Of a stretch of 64,000 nt of DNA, positions 53,014-64,000 are shown in pieces. Source of the DNA: a virus (lineage: Duplodnaviria > Caudoviricetes); the IMG/VR virus record IMGVR_UViG_2873737359_000001, positions 64,001 through 128,000 of that record. One strand, 5' to 3'. Numbering within the stretch: position 1 is the first letter of the stretch; every line of letters starts with the position of its first letter. The translations under genes were made by a program, and so were the position numbers. The notes below the pieces were generated by a model, which was not told the DNA's origin, did no database searches, and worked only from the letters and a program-made list of their open reading frames with translations.

Positions 53014-54627
53014 TTGAGGGGACTCTCAAGGAAAGGAGGAACAATGGCAAAAATACATAAAATTTTGACATTAGATCAGTTAATAAAATTCTGTGAAGAT
53101 AATAAATTCTATAATTTCAATTCTAAAGATTCTGGGTATACTCTTTCAGTTCAAATTCCTGGACAACTTTCATTCGATTCAGATTCAACACAAGGACTTT
53201 TATTTACAAAAGTGAAAACTTGCCACACATTACTTAACAGAAACGGTAGTTATGTTTCTGAGGATAATATGAAAAATGCAATGCCGTCATTAAAATATCG
53301 TCCACTTTTAGGTTATATTCATCAGCTTGATTCTGGGGAATATGACTTTCATACACATGACATTGAAGTAGAGCAAGACGAAGATGGTAATGATTATTTG
53401 GTGTATGCGGAGAAGCAGATTGGTACTTTTACAGCTGACGAACCATATCTCGAATATGATAAAGACATGGATAAAACATATGTTATTGCTACCGCCGCTA
53501 TACCGGAAGATTATACAATGGCTGCAGATATTATTCGTAGAAAAAATGGTACAAAAGTAAGCTGCGAGCTATGTATTAACTCAATGTCTTATAATGCGAA
53601 AGAAAAGTATCTTGAATTAGAAGATTTTTACTTTTCAGGCGTTACTTGTTTAGGATCTGAAAAAGACGGAACTGAAATTGGAGAAGGTATGCTTGGCAGC
53701 AGACTTGATATTCAGGATTTTAGCACAGAAAACAATTCAATTTGTGCTAAATATGAACAATTAAATGAAGATAAATTGATTGAAACATTAGAGAAATTAA
53801 ACACTACCATCTCTAATTTCAATATAAATAATGCTGATGGAAAGGAGGATAATCAGGTGAATAAATTTGAGGAACTTTTAAAGAAATATAACAAAACAGT
53901 TAATGATATTACTTTTACATATGAAGGACTTTCAGATGAGGATCTGGAATCAGCTTTTGCAGAAGCATTTGAAGAAAGTGATCCAGAGCCAGATGGTAAT
54001 ACCGAACCAGATCTTGAAGTTTTTGTAAAATCTTTTGAACTTTCACATAGCGATATTCGTTATGCTCTTTATAATCTTTTAGGAGCGTATGAAGAAGCAG
54101 ACAATGAATGGTATTACATTAATTCTGTTTATGATACACATTTTACATATGAGAATTGGGACGGAGATAAAATCTACGGTCAGAATTATACAAAAGATGG
54201 TGATAATGTATCATTTGATGGAGAAAGATATAACCTACATCGTGAACTTTTAACTGATTCAGAGTATTCCGAACTGCAGAATATGCGTTCTAATTATGCT
54301 GCTATTTATGAAAAACTGCAGAAATATGAGAAGGCTGAAGAAGATGCGAATAAGGATGCTTTATTTGTTTCTGATGAGTATAAGGCTATCAATGATGCAA
54401 AAGAATTTGCAGAATTAAAAGAAAATCATTCAGAGTTTTCAGTAGAACAGGTAAAAGAAAAACTTGATTCAATTTTATTATCTTATGCCAAATCTGGCAA
54501 ATTAAATTTCTCAACAATTGAAGAAAAAGAACCAGAAAAGAAAACAGTTGGAAAACACAATCTTGGATCTCCGGCTGCAACTAAAAAGAGAAATAAATAT
54601 GGTTCGCTATTTTCAAGTAAAAATTAA
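53014..54627 (+). CDS. Prohead protease/scaffold protein
   Basis: HTLLNRNGS, VSCEL, GVTCLG N-domain plus acidic coiled C-domain; lies between portal and capsid. Confidence 0.65.
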   Translation: MRGLSRKGGTMAKIHKILTLDQLIKFCEDNKFYNFNSKDSGYTLSVQIPGQLSFDSDSTQGLLFTKVKTCHTLLNRNGSYVSEDNMKNAMPSLKYRPLLGYIHQLDSGEYDFHTHDIEVEQDEDGNDYLVYAEKQIGTFTADEPYLEYDKDMDKTYVIATAAIPEDYTMAADIIRRKNGTKVSCELCINSMSYNAKEKYLELEDFYFSGVTCLGSEKDGTEIGEGMLGSRLDIQDFSTENNSICAKYEQLNEDKLIETLEKLNTTISNFNINNADGKEDNQVNKFEELLKKYNKTVNDITFTYEGLSDEDLESAFAEAFEESDPEPDGNTEPDLEVFVKSFELSHSDIRYALYNLLGAYEEADNEWYYINSVYDTHFTYENWDGDKIYGQNYTKDGDNVSFDGERYNLHRELLTDSEYSELQNMRSNYAAIYEKLQKYEKAEEDANKDALFVSDEYKAINDAKEFAELKENHSEFSVEQVKEKLDSILLSYAKSGKLNFSTIEEKEPEKKTVGKHNLGSPAATKKRNKYGSLFSSKN

Positions 54628-54706
54628 TTAAATAAGTACAAAGACAAAATGGAGCTGGTAACAGCTCTTTTTATTATCCAAAAATATATGAAAGGAGCTT
54701 AATAAA

Positions 54707-55171
54707 ATGGCAATTCGTTATAATATCGAAACTCATGCTGTAGCATTCCCATCTAAGCTTTTAGCTCAGAATGGCGGAAAGCACATTTATAATATCGAGC
54801 TTACTACAGATACAGATAACGGTAATCTTGTAGCTCGTGGCGAATTCGAAGATCTTGATCTTTATAAAGAAGCCGCTGTAACAAAATTTGAAGGAAAGGT
54901 TCAGAAACAGGCTACTAACGGACATTGGTATGTCGAGGTAGTAGATCCGGGCGACGCTCTGTTTGTTTATATGCAGGCATTTATTGCTGAGGATTGGACA
55001 AATAAGTGGAAGAAAGAATCTAATTTCTTCAATGCAAAAGGTGACGTAGTTCGTGGATATGAGCTTGCTGTTGGTGATGTTTTTGAGGTATCCGAAGAGG
55101 GATTCGATGGAGATATTACCAAAGGTGCAAAAGTTGTTTGTGAAAATAAGAAATTAAAGATTAGTGCGTAA
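54707..55171 (+). CDS. Capsid decoration/cement protein
   Basis: Position before the capsid gene; DNGNLV and RGYELAVGDVF motifs. Confidence 0.55.
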   Translation: MAIRYNIETHAVAFPSKLLAQNGGKHIYNIELTTDTDNGNLVARGEFEDLDLYKEAAVTKFEGKVQKQATNGHWYVEVVDPGDALFVYMQAFIAEDWTNKWKKESNFFNAKGDVVRGYELAVGDVFEVSEEGFDGDITKGAKVVCENKKLKISA

Positions 55172-55195
55172 TTAGGAAAGGAGGGAAAATATACG

Positions 55196-56332
55196 ATGAG
55201 AAAAATGTTATTTAGTGATTTAAGTATGCATGTACAGACTGTATTTGCAAATCTATGTGAAGACGGTGTAACACCGGAGGAAAATTATGAAGGATTCAAG
55301 AAACTTACATATGATCTGAATCATAATCCAAATGAGATTTATGACGAAGAAGGAAATAAGATTTCTAAGAAAGAAGCTGATGATGCAGTTCGTAAATTCG
55401 TATTTGCGATTATGGGATTGAATGAGCATTCAACAAAACGTGATAGAAAACGTGCTATGGATAGACATGGCATTGAGCTGTTTGAAGTTATGGAAGAAGA
55501 AATCGATATTAAAGTTGAAACAGGCTTTAGAGAGTCTGAATTCTTTAATAACTATGTTGAGCAGCGAAATCTTTCTCGTGGAGATTCACAGGAATTCTGG
55601 ACAAACGAAAAAGTCATTCTTTCTGTTACTAAAATCTCTGGCGATCATCATGACTTTACACTCCAGAGACTGGGTTCTGGAGAATCTTATACAGTAACAA
55701 CATCTGTATATGGTATCGCTGTTGGTGCTGATATTGACTTATATCTTGCAGGAAGATATGACTGGGCTAAACTGACTGATCAGTGTGCTGCTGCTTTTGT
55801 AAGAAAAGTTCAGAATGACATCTATGCTGAAATGATGAATGCAGGAAAGAAACTTCCGGCTCAGTTCCAGGGAACAGGTGCTCTTTCTACTACTACAAAG
55901 GACAAACTTGATACTCTTCTTGAGGATGTATCTCTCGCAAACGATGGTGCTCAGGTAGTAATCATGGGAACAAGAACTGGACTTCAGCAGTTCCAGAAGC
56001 TAATGGATGTTGATTGGATCACAGACGATCAGAAGCGTGACGTTGCTACAATGGGACGCCTTGGTTATTATGGTCCGTATACTCTTGTAGAGCTGCCACA
56101 GAGATTCGCTCTCAATGATACTACAAAGAAACTGTTAGATCCGAAGACTCTGTTCATTATGCCGCAGGTTGAAGATAAATTCATCAAATTTGTTGATGTA
56201 GGCGAAACTGAAATTTATGAGGTAAATGAGAAAGGTGCTCGTATGGATGACACAATGAAGTACGAAGTACAGAGAGCTATGGGTGTTGGCGTACAGATCG
56301 GACGTTATTTTGGCGTTTGGACCTTAGCATAG
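55196..56332 (+). CDS. Major capsid protein
   Basis: 378 aa; strong RBS; synteny. Confidence 0.75.
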   Translation: MRKMLFSDLSMHVQTVFANLCEDGVTPEENYEGFKKLTYDLNHNPNEIYDEEGNKISKKEADDAVRKFVFAIMGLNEHSTKRDRKRAMDRHGIELFEVMEEEIDIKVETGFRESEFFNNYVEQRNLSRGDSQEFWTNEKVILSVTKISGDHHDFTLQRLGSGESYTVTTSVYGIAVGADIDLYLAGRYDWAKLTDQCAAAFVRKVQNDIYAEMMNAGKKLPAQFQGTGALSTTTKDKLDTLLEDVSLANDGAQVVIMGTRTGLQQFQKLMDVDWITDDQKRDVATMGRLGYYGPYTLVELPQRFALNDTTKKLLDPKTLFIMPQVEDKFIKFVDVGETEIYEVNEKGARMDDTMKYEVQRAMGVGVQIGRYFGVWTLA

Positions 56333-56439
56333 TCATAAAATATATATTTTTTTAACGTTTTTTGTATACAGTATATTGTATGTTCTTGCATATCTTTTTA
56401 GATGTGCAAGAACTTTTTGAATAAAAGGAGAATTTAATA

Positions 56440-57018
56440 ATGGCAACAGCAACAAAAAATAGCAAAGCAACTACTTCTGCTACTGCGGCTAGTTCGGCAG
56501 AAAATACTGCTGAGGTTAAGGCAGAAATAAAAACAGAAGTAAAGAAAGAAAAAAGAAAATATGAACAGTCCGAGGGAATTCTCTGCAAGTCTATTACTTC
56601 TGGAGGACTTTATATGCCAGGATTGAAATCCAATATTTTATACACCTGGATCGACAGTGGTGATCAGATCGAAGTTGAATATCAGGATCTTCTTGCTGCA
56701 ATCCGTTCAAACAATAGTTATGTTATGAGACCGTTCTTTGTTATTGAAGATGAAGAGTTCGTATCACAGTTTCCACAGCTTAAGAAGCTTTATGACAAGC
56801 TTTATTCCGTTGGAGAACTTAAAGATGTTATTACTGATTTAAGTCCGGCAGATATGAAGGCTACTATTCTGTCACTTCCACAGGGAGCACAGGATTCTAT
56901 TAAGCATATTGCATCTAAGATGGTTTCTGATGGGACTCTTGATAGCGTCAGAAAAATTAAAATTCTTGATGAAATCTTCGATACAGAAATGAGTGTAATG
57001 ACAGGACTATTTGATTAA
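56440..57018 (+). CDS. Virion morphogenesis protein (hypothetical)
   Basis: Synteny after the capsid gene. Confidence 0.5.
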   Translation: MATATKNSKATTSATAASSAENTAEVKAEIKTEVKKEKRKYEQSEGILCKSITSGGLYMPGLKSNILYTWIDSGDQIEVEYQDLLAAIRSNNSYVMRPFFVIEDEEFVSQFPQLKKLYDKLYSVGELKDVITDLSPADMKATILSLPQGAQDSIKHIASKMVSDGTLDSVRKIKILDEIFDTEMSVMTGLFD

Positions 57019-57035
57019 TAGTTAGGAGGTATCAT

Positions 57036-57500
57036 ATGCCTTCAATTAATTACGAAGAAATATATTCTAAATTTCGTCTTAAAGCCGATGCATATGATTT
57101 ACTTGATCTTCGCGAAGATGATGTAAATATGTTTATGTGCGAATGGCTTCATTCTTCTATCCAAAAACCTTATATTTATAGATTGTTTAACCAAGTTGAA
57201 TTTCACGATGATATTCAAAAGCTAGAGTATTCAATGAAATATGTTGTTGAGAAATATTTTGATCAAGGATTTGTCTCAGATATTTTAGGCATCGGTATGG
57301 TTATTGAATGGATTACTCCCAAAATCGTTAATTTGAATAACATTGTGCAAGTATACGCCTCTTCTGATGAAAAATTTTACAGTCAGACGAACCATTTAAA
57401 TGGGCTTAAAGATCTAAGAGCATCTTTAGTGAAAGAGCAACAAGATATAATTAAGCAGCGTGGCTATATTTGGAATTCGTATTTGGAAAGTAATAGTTAA
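57036..57500 (+). CDS. Head-tail adaptor-like protein
   Basis: DILGIGMVIEW..KFYSQTNHL; synteny. Confidence 0.55.
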   Translation: MPSINYEEIYSKFRLKADAYDLLDLREDDVNMFMCEWLHSSIQKPYIYRLFNQVEFHDDIQKLEYSMKYVVEKYFDQGFVSDILGIGMVIEWITPKIVNLNNIVQVYASSDEKFYSQTNHLNGLKDLRASLVKEQQDIIKQRGYIWNSYLESNS

Positions 57501-57829
57501 ATGAAAACTATTTATGGTCATTTTGATGACAAACAATTTGAGAATTATAAGGTAAGGTTACATAAAGAATTATTTTGGTTACTTTTATATAAAGATCCGA
57601 AAACAAAAGACGAATTTAATAACATTGATTTCGAAAAATATTTTATTAATTTGATGAAACGGATTGACGGATTAAATACACTTCTCTCCTATCCTGTTGA
57701 AATTATATCTATAATGTCAACTCTTCAGGCTGCTTTAAATGAAACACGAGAAGAAAATTTTGATTATCAATCTTACAGAAAATTAGTATTAGATGCACAT
57801 TCGTTAGTAGATAAAATTAATGATAGGAG

Positions 57830-60567
57830 TTGATTTTAATGATTACTGCCGACATGTACAGATCGCATCTTAATTCATATGGCAGTAATTTAGCACAGGT
57901 TAAACAAAGCCAATCTAATATGGTTGTAAATAGTGCCTTTACTGCGGATGCACAATATAAAAGAGTTTATATATTAACAAAAGATGGATGGAAATTCGAG
58001 GATGCAAAGTTTCAAAAGCACGCGAAATATTCTATTCTTAAAGATGCCGTTGATTATTACGTTCAGTTTCGCCCAAAAGTACATTACTCTGTTGGTAGTT
58101 ATCTTTTTATTCCGGACGATACTGCTCACGAAATTAATATTCACGGTAAAGACTTAGAACATCCATTATCGCTTCCAGAAGATCAAATCACTCAATTGTG
58201 GTTTATAGTCGGTCGTGATTATGATCCATCTTTTGTTAGATATAATGTTTTGCAATGCAATTGGAAATTTAAATGGATATACAACAATAAGTTATATACA
58301 TGCTGGGGTGCGAATAGATCGGCCAACAGCTACACAAGCGGTAAATGGACAGATTTTGTATGGATTTTCTGTACATACATGGTCCGCTGTAAAGGGAAAC
58401 CTTGACAGCGCATTCTTTCGGATATGCTGGAATTAGGCTGTACACATAGCCGTCCTAAAGCTTACTAAACTACAACATAATGATGGAATATGCATAAGTG
58501 TGAATGTCGCGAAAGCAGAAAAAATTAGTAAGATGGTATAAGCTGAAACAAAAGCTTTTATATAATAAAAGTGCTAAGTACTACTACAATGGGAAATCAG
58601 CAGGGAATAGTTTAACTAGGCTTGCCCTCATCGACTATCGGTTGAAATACCGTTAGGGAGAAGTCTCCCGAAGTGAAAGACTCCTAAGTGCTTAATTGCA
58701 TATGGTGAATGATATAGTCAGTGCTTACATGAAAGTGTAAGAAAAGTTGTTTATAAATTAATATTGAATATTAAGACCAGACAGCGGGTAGCTCCTGTTT
58801 TGTTATACCTCCTATATAACAATTATGGTCTTTTTATTATACATAAATTTAGGAGGAATTTTTATGTCAAAATTATCAGTACAAAAAATATTTGAAAAGC
58901 ACGGAGACGAAATTATTAATCTTCGGAAAAATGGTATGCAGATGCAAGAAATTGGTGAAAAATTTAATTTGAAAACTCAAACTGTGAGCAGCTTTTTGCG
59001 AAGAAATAATATAAGAGTTCGCGGATTAAGGAATGAAGAAACAGAAAATAAGATAGTTCAATTATATAATGATGGAGTGTCTATGAGAGAAATTGCTTCA
59101 AATTTTCATTTTACACAAGGAACCGTCAGAGATATACTTGTTAATCATGATGTGCATATCAAAACTAATTCTGAATCACATAGGATATATGATATAAACG
59201 AAAATTATTTTAATCAAATAGATACGCCTAAAAAAGCTTATATTTTAGGATTACTATATGCAGACGGTAATAGAAGTAGCAGATCTAACACAATTTCAAT
59301 TCGTCTTCAAGAAAGTGATAAAAACATTTTAGAAAATATTAAAAAAGAATTGAATGCAGAAGTGCCATTACGATTTATTGATTATTCTAATGATTCTAAA
59401 AGACAAAACCAGTTTCTACTAGCAATAAGTAATGAACAAATTGCAAAAGATTTATATAAATACGGCATTGTTCCAAGGAAAGAATTTAAATTAACCTTTC
59501 CTAATTGGTTAGATAATAATCTCCTATCTCACTTTATAAGAGGATATTTAGACGGTGATGGTTTTATTTCAAATAACCCGAAAGAAAAACGAGCCAATAT
59601 TACCGGAACCGAAAATTTGTTACTTGGAATTAAAAATATTTTAGAAGAACAATTAAATATACATTTTAGTATATATTCACCTCATAATAAAGATACTAAT
59701 ACTAGAACGTTAGCTGTAGCTGGAGGGAATCAAGTTAAAAAATTTTTGGACTACCTTTATAAAGATGCTGATTTATATATAGAAAGAAAATACGACAGAT
59801 ATTATAATATGTACTGTGCTTAATATAAACAATCCTTATTTAAAGTAACGAATTAAATAAGTAACATTCAGGAATATTCATCTGCGCTTGACAATTTGAC
59901 ATCAGCGTGGATGCCAGACATTTATTATGCTTATGGTAATAACTTATACGAACTTGGATTAGATGATAATAGAACTGTGATGCATGAACAACGTTTCATG
60001 CTCTCAAATAATATTCTTGATCCTAAAGTATATCAGGTTACGAAAGTAACAGATCTTAATCCTTCTGGAGTAATAAAATACTCTATTAAGCAGGATGAAT
60101 TGGATAATAAACGGGATAATGTAGAATTACAAATATGTGATTATTATACGGACTCCGGTGATCAAAAAACTGAGACTATACAAAAGCCTCAAATGATGAT
60201 TACGGAATCTCAAATCAGGTGGTTAACTCTTAATGATGATGGAGAATTAGAACCTATCTATGATAAATCTAAGCAATGTCTATATCTAGGAAAGAATTCT
60301 TATTTCGAATACAAACTCCCATATCAAGACTTAAAATCCGAATGGAATCTAAGTGTATATGATAGAAAAAACGAATTATCTGACGAAGACAAATCTTATT
60401 ATGAAGGATTAATGAAAATAACAGTTATGGATAATGTAACTATTTCAATTAAGCCGGGAAAGGCTAATAGTCTTATTGGTAAAAGATTTATTCTTTCAGC
60501 GACAGATAATAATGGCGATAACCACTCTTCTATCGTACTGGAGGTGGAAAAATGGTCAGAGACATAA
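57830..60567 (+). CDS. Head-closure/neck protein split by a group I intron (exon 1 to ~58354, exon 2 from ~59872)
   Basis: Joining ..YTSGKWTD to EYSSALDNLTSAW.. keeps the frame, with exon-terminal U and intron-terminal G. Confidence 0.65.
58355..59871 (+). mobile_element. Group I intron carrying a homing endonuclease
   Basis: P ATGCTGGAA, Q AATCAGCAG, R TCATCGACTA, S ATGATATAGTCA; boundaries approximate. Confidence 0.85.
58864..59823 (+). CDS. Intron-encoded double LAGLIDADG homing endonuclease with N-terminal HTH repeats
   Basis: AYILGLLYADG and HFIRGYLDGDG; AGGAGG RBS. Confidence 0.9.
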   Translation: MSKLSVQKIFEKHGDEIINLRKNGMQMQEIGEKFNLKTQTVSSFLRRNNIRVRGLRNEETENKIVQLYNDGVSMREIASNFHFTQGTVRDILVNHDVHIKTNSESHRIYDINENYFNQIDTPKKAYILGLLYADGNRSSRSNTISIRLQESDKNILENIKKELNAEVPLRFIDYSNDSKRQNQFLLAISNEQIAKDLYKYGIVPRKEFKLTFPNWLDNNLLSHFIRGYLDGDGFISNNPKEKRANITGTENLLLGIKNILEEQLNIHFSIYSPHNKDTNTRTLAVAGGNQVKKFLDYLYKDADLYIERKYDRYYNMYCA

Positions 60568-61157
60568 AAAATATAGATAGGAATCTTGAGGATAAAAAGA
60601 ACAATGATATTATTCTGAAAAAACATTTATTACTGAAAATGTTTAACGAGGACCCAGATCTAAATGAAATTTTAGGCAAAAAAGATAAGCGTCCTTTAAA
60701 TAAATATGAGGATAAAGATCATCCAACAAATACAGAAATCGAAGAACGCCACTTAATTGTTGAATATAACAAAAGAGTTGATAAAAAACAAATTATTCCA
60801 TTCTTAAAACTAAATGGCATTAACAAAGAAGTATTAAATTTTATTATGTTTGATATTGATGACGATTCTGTATCTTATTCAAATGAAGTAATTAAGTCAC
60901 AGATACTCAGTGTTATGTGCTTAGTTCATGAAGATGATATGGAAACCGAATACGGAATAATGCGTACAGATCTCTTAAGTTATATAGTTAAAGACTTATT
61001 ATGTTGGACTAATGTTCTTGGATGTCATTTAAAATGTAAGGCCGATTACTGTGATATTGTTGATTCACGATATTATTGTAGAACTATAAAGTTTTTAATT
61101 GAATGTCCAAACAATCTTTATCAGGGAATGAATAATAGATATGACCGATTCAAATGA
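60552..61157 (+). CDS. Tail completion/terminator-like protein
   Basis: Synteny before the tail tube gene. Confidence 0.45.
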   Translation: MVRDIKNIDRNLEDKKNNDIILKKHLLLKMFNEDPDLNEILGKKDKRPLNKYEDKDHPTNTEIEERHLIVEYNKRVDKKQIIPFLKLNGINKEVLNFIMFDIDDDSVSYSNEVIKSQILSVMCLVHEDDMETEYGIMRTDLLSYIVKDLLCWTNVLGCHLKCKADYCDIVDSRYYCRTIKFLIECPNNLYQGMNNRYDRFK

Positions 61158-61914
61158 CAAATTGGAAATAGACACTCTCCAATTATATTTTGGAGAACCT
61201 TTTATTATTCATGATGATATTTTTAATGACATTCAAATACTTCAGCCTACAATTGGTGACATTATAAAAGAAGGCGAAAAAAAAGTATATTCTGCTGTTA
61301 ATATCTTTGTTACTAATACTACATCTTATAGAGTTCAATTATGGGACTTAGGAATCGACTGGAATAAGTTATCTGATTTTAGTTTGTTCTGTATGTTAGC
61401 TCCTACTCTGTCTAAAGATTCTACAAAATTATTATTCAATGATTTAGATTTCCAAAAATTTCAATTACTACAAACTACAGACGATGAGCCTGTAGTTTAT
61501 TTATTTAATGAAGAAAGTAATGTTCTAATCGATGAAAAGAAATACATTACTATCTCTTCTTATATTCAATCTATGTTCAATATTCATCCAAAAGTAGAGA
61601 AAGCAAAAGGCAAATCTACAAAAGAATGGATAATATTCGAGGATCGTCAAAATCAAGATCTCCATAAAAACGATTCTTATCAATCTACACTTCTTCCGCT
61701 CATCTCTGCTTGTCTTAATCATCCCGGATTTAAATACAAGAAAAATGAATTACGTGAAGTTGGAATAGTTGAATTCATGGACAGTGTTCAAAGACTTCAA
61801 ATTTATGAATCTTCTACTGCTCTCATGAAAGGAATGTATTCTGGATTTCTTGATACTTCAAAAATTAATAAGGAAGAACTCAATTTTATGAGAGATATCT
61901 CGATTAAAAATTGA
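61141..61914 (+). CDS. Conserved SPbeta-like tail-region protein
   Basis: ILQPTIGDI..GMYSG..SKI; synteny. Confidence 0.5.
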   Translation: MTDSNDKLEIDTLQLYFGEPFIIHDDIFNDIQILQPTIGDIIKEGEKKVYSAVNIFVTNTTSYRVQLWDLGIDWNKLSDFSLFCMLAPTLSKDSTKLLFNDLDFQKFQLLQTTDDEPVVYLFNEESNVLIDEKKYITISSYIQSMFNIHPKVEKAKGKSTKEWIIFEDRQNQDLHKNDSYQSTLLPLISACLNHPGFKYKKNELREVGIVEFMDSVQRLQIYESSTALMKGMYSGFLDTSKINKEELNFMRDISIKN

Positions 61915-61955
61915 TTTCACATAAAAAAAATAATTAAATAAAGGAGGAAATAATA

Positions 61956-62750
61956 ATGGCTTTTGCATTAGGAGATATTATTATTGATCGTGTTCAGTAT
62001 GGTTATGCTGAGGATTTTAGTGGTACACCACTTTATACATTAACACAGCTTCAGGATGCTACAATTAACATTAGTGCAGAGTCAACAGATGCTGTTGATA
62101 ACACAGGTGCTATTGTTAAGAGATTCTGGAAAGCTAAAACAGGTGAATTTACAGCAAATAACGCTATGATTAACCTGAATATTATCGCTGCTGGTGCAGG
62201 TGAAGGATCTGCTACTCTCGCAGAGACAAAAGCGTTTGATATGCCAAGAATCATTACAGCAACACAGGATGGAACAGGTGCTGTAACTGTAAAACTTGGT
62301 GAGTCTGCAGACGTCAAAGAGGAAAGCATTAAAGTTAATGTATTCAATAAAAATGGGTCTATGGGAACGCTTTGCACAAAGGATTCAGCTGCTGCAGAGA
62401 CTAAATATTCTTATTCTGAAGGAACTCTTGCTTTGCCTAAAACAGCTGGTACATATATTATCAAATATAAAAGAAATGTATCTAAAGATGGCGTTAAGAT
62501 CGTTAATGAGGCAGATAAGTTCCCGTCTACAGTTAAGCTTACTCTTAAAGCTCTTGCTGTTGATCCATGTACACCGGATACTCTTAGAGGTGTGTACATT
62601 GTAATTCCGTCATTCCAGGTATCACCTGAAGTTGAAATTTCTCTGACAACAGACGGTCAGTTACAGTATTCTGGACAGATGCAGATGAACTACTGTGCTG
62701 CCGACAAAGCTCTGTATGAAGTATACTTCGCAGATGGCGACGAAGAATAA
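61956..62750 (+). CDS. Major tail tube protein
   Basis: 264 aa, Thr/Ala-rich, strong RBS, followed by a hairpin terminator. Confidence 0.7.
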   Translation: MAFALGDIIIDRVQYGYAEDFSGTPLYTLTQLQDATINISAESTDAVDNTGAIVKRFWKAKTGEFTANNAMINLNIIAAGAGEGSATLAETKAFDMPRIITATQDGTGAVTVKLGESADVKEESIKVNVFNKNGSMGTLCTKDSAAAETKYSYSEGTLALPKTAGTYIIKYKRNVSKDGVKIVNEADKFPSTVKLTLKALAVDPCTPDTLRGVYIVIPSFQVSPEVEISLTTDGQLQYSGQMQMNYCAADKALYEVYFADGDEE

Positions 62751-64000
62751 TTTGATATAATAATTATTCGAAATTTATTTATGGTCGGTACGGGTCAAAT
62801 CGTACCGGCTATTTTAATGCCATTTTAAAGGAGGCAAATAATGATAAAGGATAATAAAATATGTATTTTATGTGGTAAAAAATATAGCTTCTGTAATCGT
62901 TGCGAAGAATATGATCATTTGCCAAGATGGATGGCTATTTATTGCAGCGAAAATTGTAAAAACATATTTAACACAATTTCTGGATATAACATGAAACTTA
63001 AAACTAAAGAAGAAGCTGCTAGTGCTCTTGGAGAATGTGATCTTTCAAAGAAAAGTCAATTTAATCAAGCATGTCAGCAATATATCGATGAGATTCTTGA
63101 TACTAAAGAAGAGCCTATAAAAAAACCTGTTGTTGTAAATACAATTTTTAAAGTAGAAGAATCTAAAGAAGTTATAACAGAACCACAGAACAAACCAAAA
63201 CGTATAAGAAATGTTAAAAATAAATAGTATTTGAATAGTGGTTTTATAAGGGGTATAGACTATTCAAGCTATACCCCTTTTTTCACTTTTAAGGAGTAAA
63301 AGGAATATGGGAAAATTTGATGTTGAACCAAATGAACTTAATTTAAAACCGAGACTATATAATACGCACGAAGTTGTAAGAATTGTAAACCCAAAGCAAA
63401 GAGATCTTTATATTAAACATCGTGTGTATCCGATTGATATTATTGTATATATCTTTTTAAAAGAAGAAACTAAAGATCTTTTTCAAAAATGGATTGATCA
63501 TACATTGGAGTAAATTATATGGATAATTATGAAAAAATTTTAGATAAACAAGAATTAAGATATGTACTTGGAACTGCTGTATCAGGACATACTACATATC
63601 TAAAAAAGACATTAGCAAAAGCAGAATATGAATTTGTAACAGATATTACAAAGGCAACGAAAACAGTTTCTGCTAAGATTGCAAAAATTATACTTGAAAA
63701 TTATGTTCGAGATACTGGAGATACAGAATCCGAACTTATTGTTATACCTTTATTGATTAGTTATGAACTTATAAAAGAGGTATAGATATATAGGAGTAAA
63801 AGGAATATGGAAAATACAAAAAATTATTTAGACAAACTTGATTATGTAAAAATGATATTTGATGATGAAGAATTTTGCATAATCAATAACATAAAAGATT
63901 ATGAGATCGATTTATATAGTGATAGACCAAGCTGTATCAAAATAGATACTAACCTATTTGATCCATTAATTAAAGAATATTTTGATAATAGGAAATATGT

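Noticed and set aside
1-64000. Genome-wide stop-codon reassignment (code 15 or 4)
   Set aside because: Long genes are intact under code 11 and TAG/TGA terminate core genes. Only one in-frame TAG was noticed.

Overview
This window is the middle of a large, AT-rich SPbeta-like siphophage or prophage genome. The host is probably a gut Firmicute (Lachnospiraceae-like; inferred). A leftward arm (1-31.6 kb, minus strand) of densely packed small accessory/early genes meets a rightward arm at a divergent control region near 31.8-32.9 kb. The rightward arm encodes a Thg1-like enzyme, a BRO protein, an amidoligase, a YonO-like single-subunit RNA polymerase, HU, a cluster of about 12 tRNA genes, a beta-CASP nuclease and a ClpP-like protease. 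It continues with terminase, portal, capsid, head-tail and tail genes, one interrupted by a group I intron with a LAGLIDADG endonuclease. The most notable element is a stand-alone reverse transcriptase (9771-11045, YSDD) with four related non-coding units of about 150 nt downstream. Three are tandem at 6827-7348 and a fourth is at 4875-5018, together bracketing two hypothetical genes. The units share a conserved scaffold (outer inverted repeat with a 3x3 internal loop, plus two conserved motifs) but each has a different long GC-rich hairpin. This suggests a multi-template, retron-like RT-ncRNA array system. Other signals: a 23-bp phage-specific regulatory motif in at least 11 copies, an 8/4-fold tRNA-Ser, a 16S rRNA 5'-end fragment inside the tRNA cluster, and two related antisense leader-plus-peptide cassettes. 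Family assignments come from recalled motifs, not database searches.
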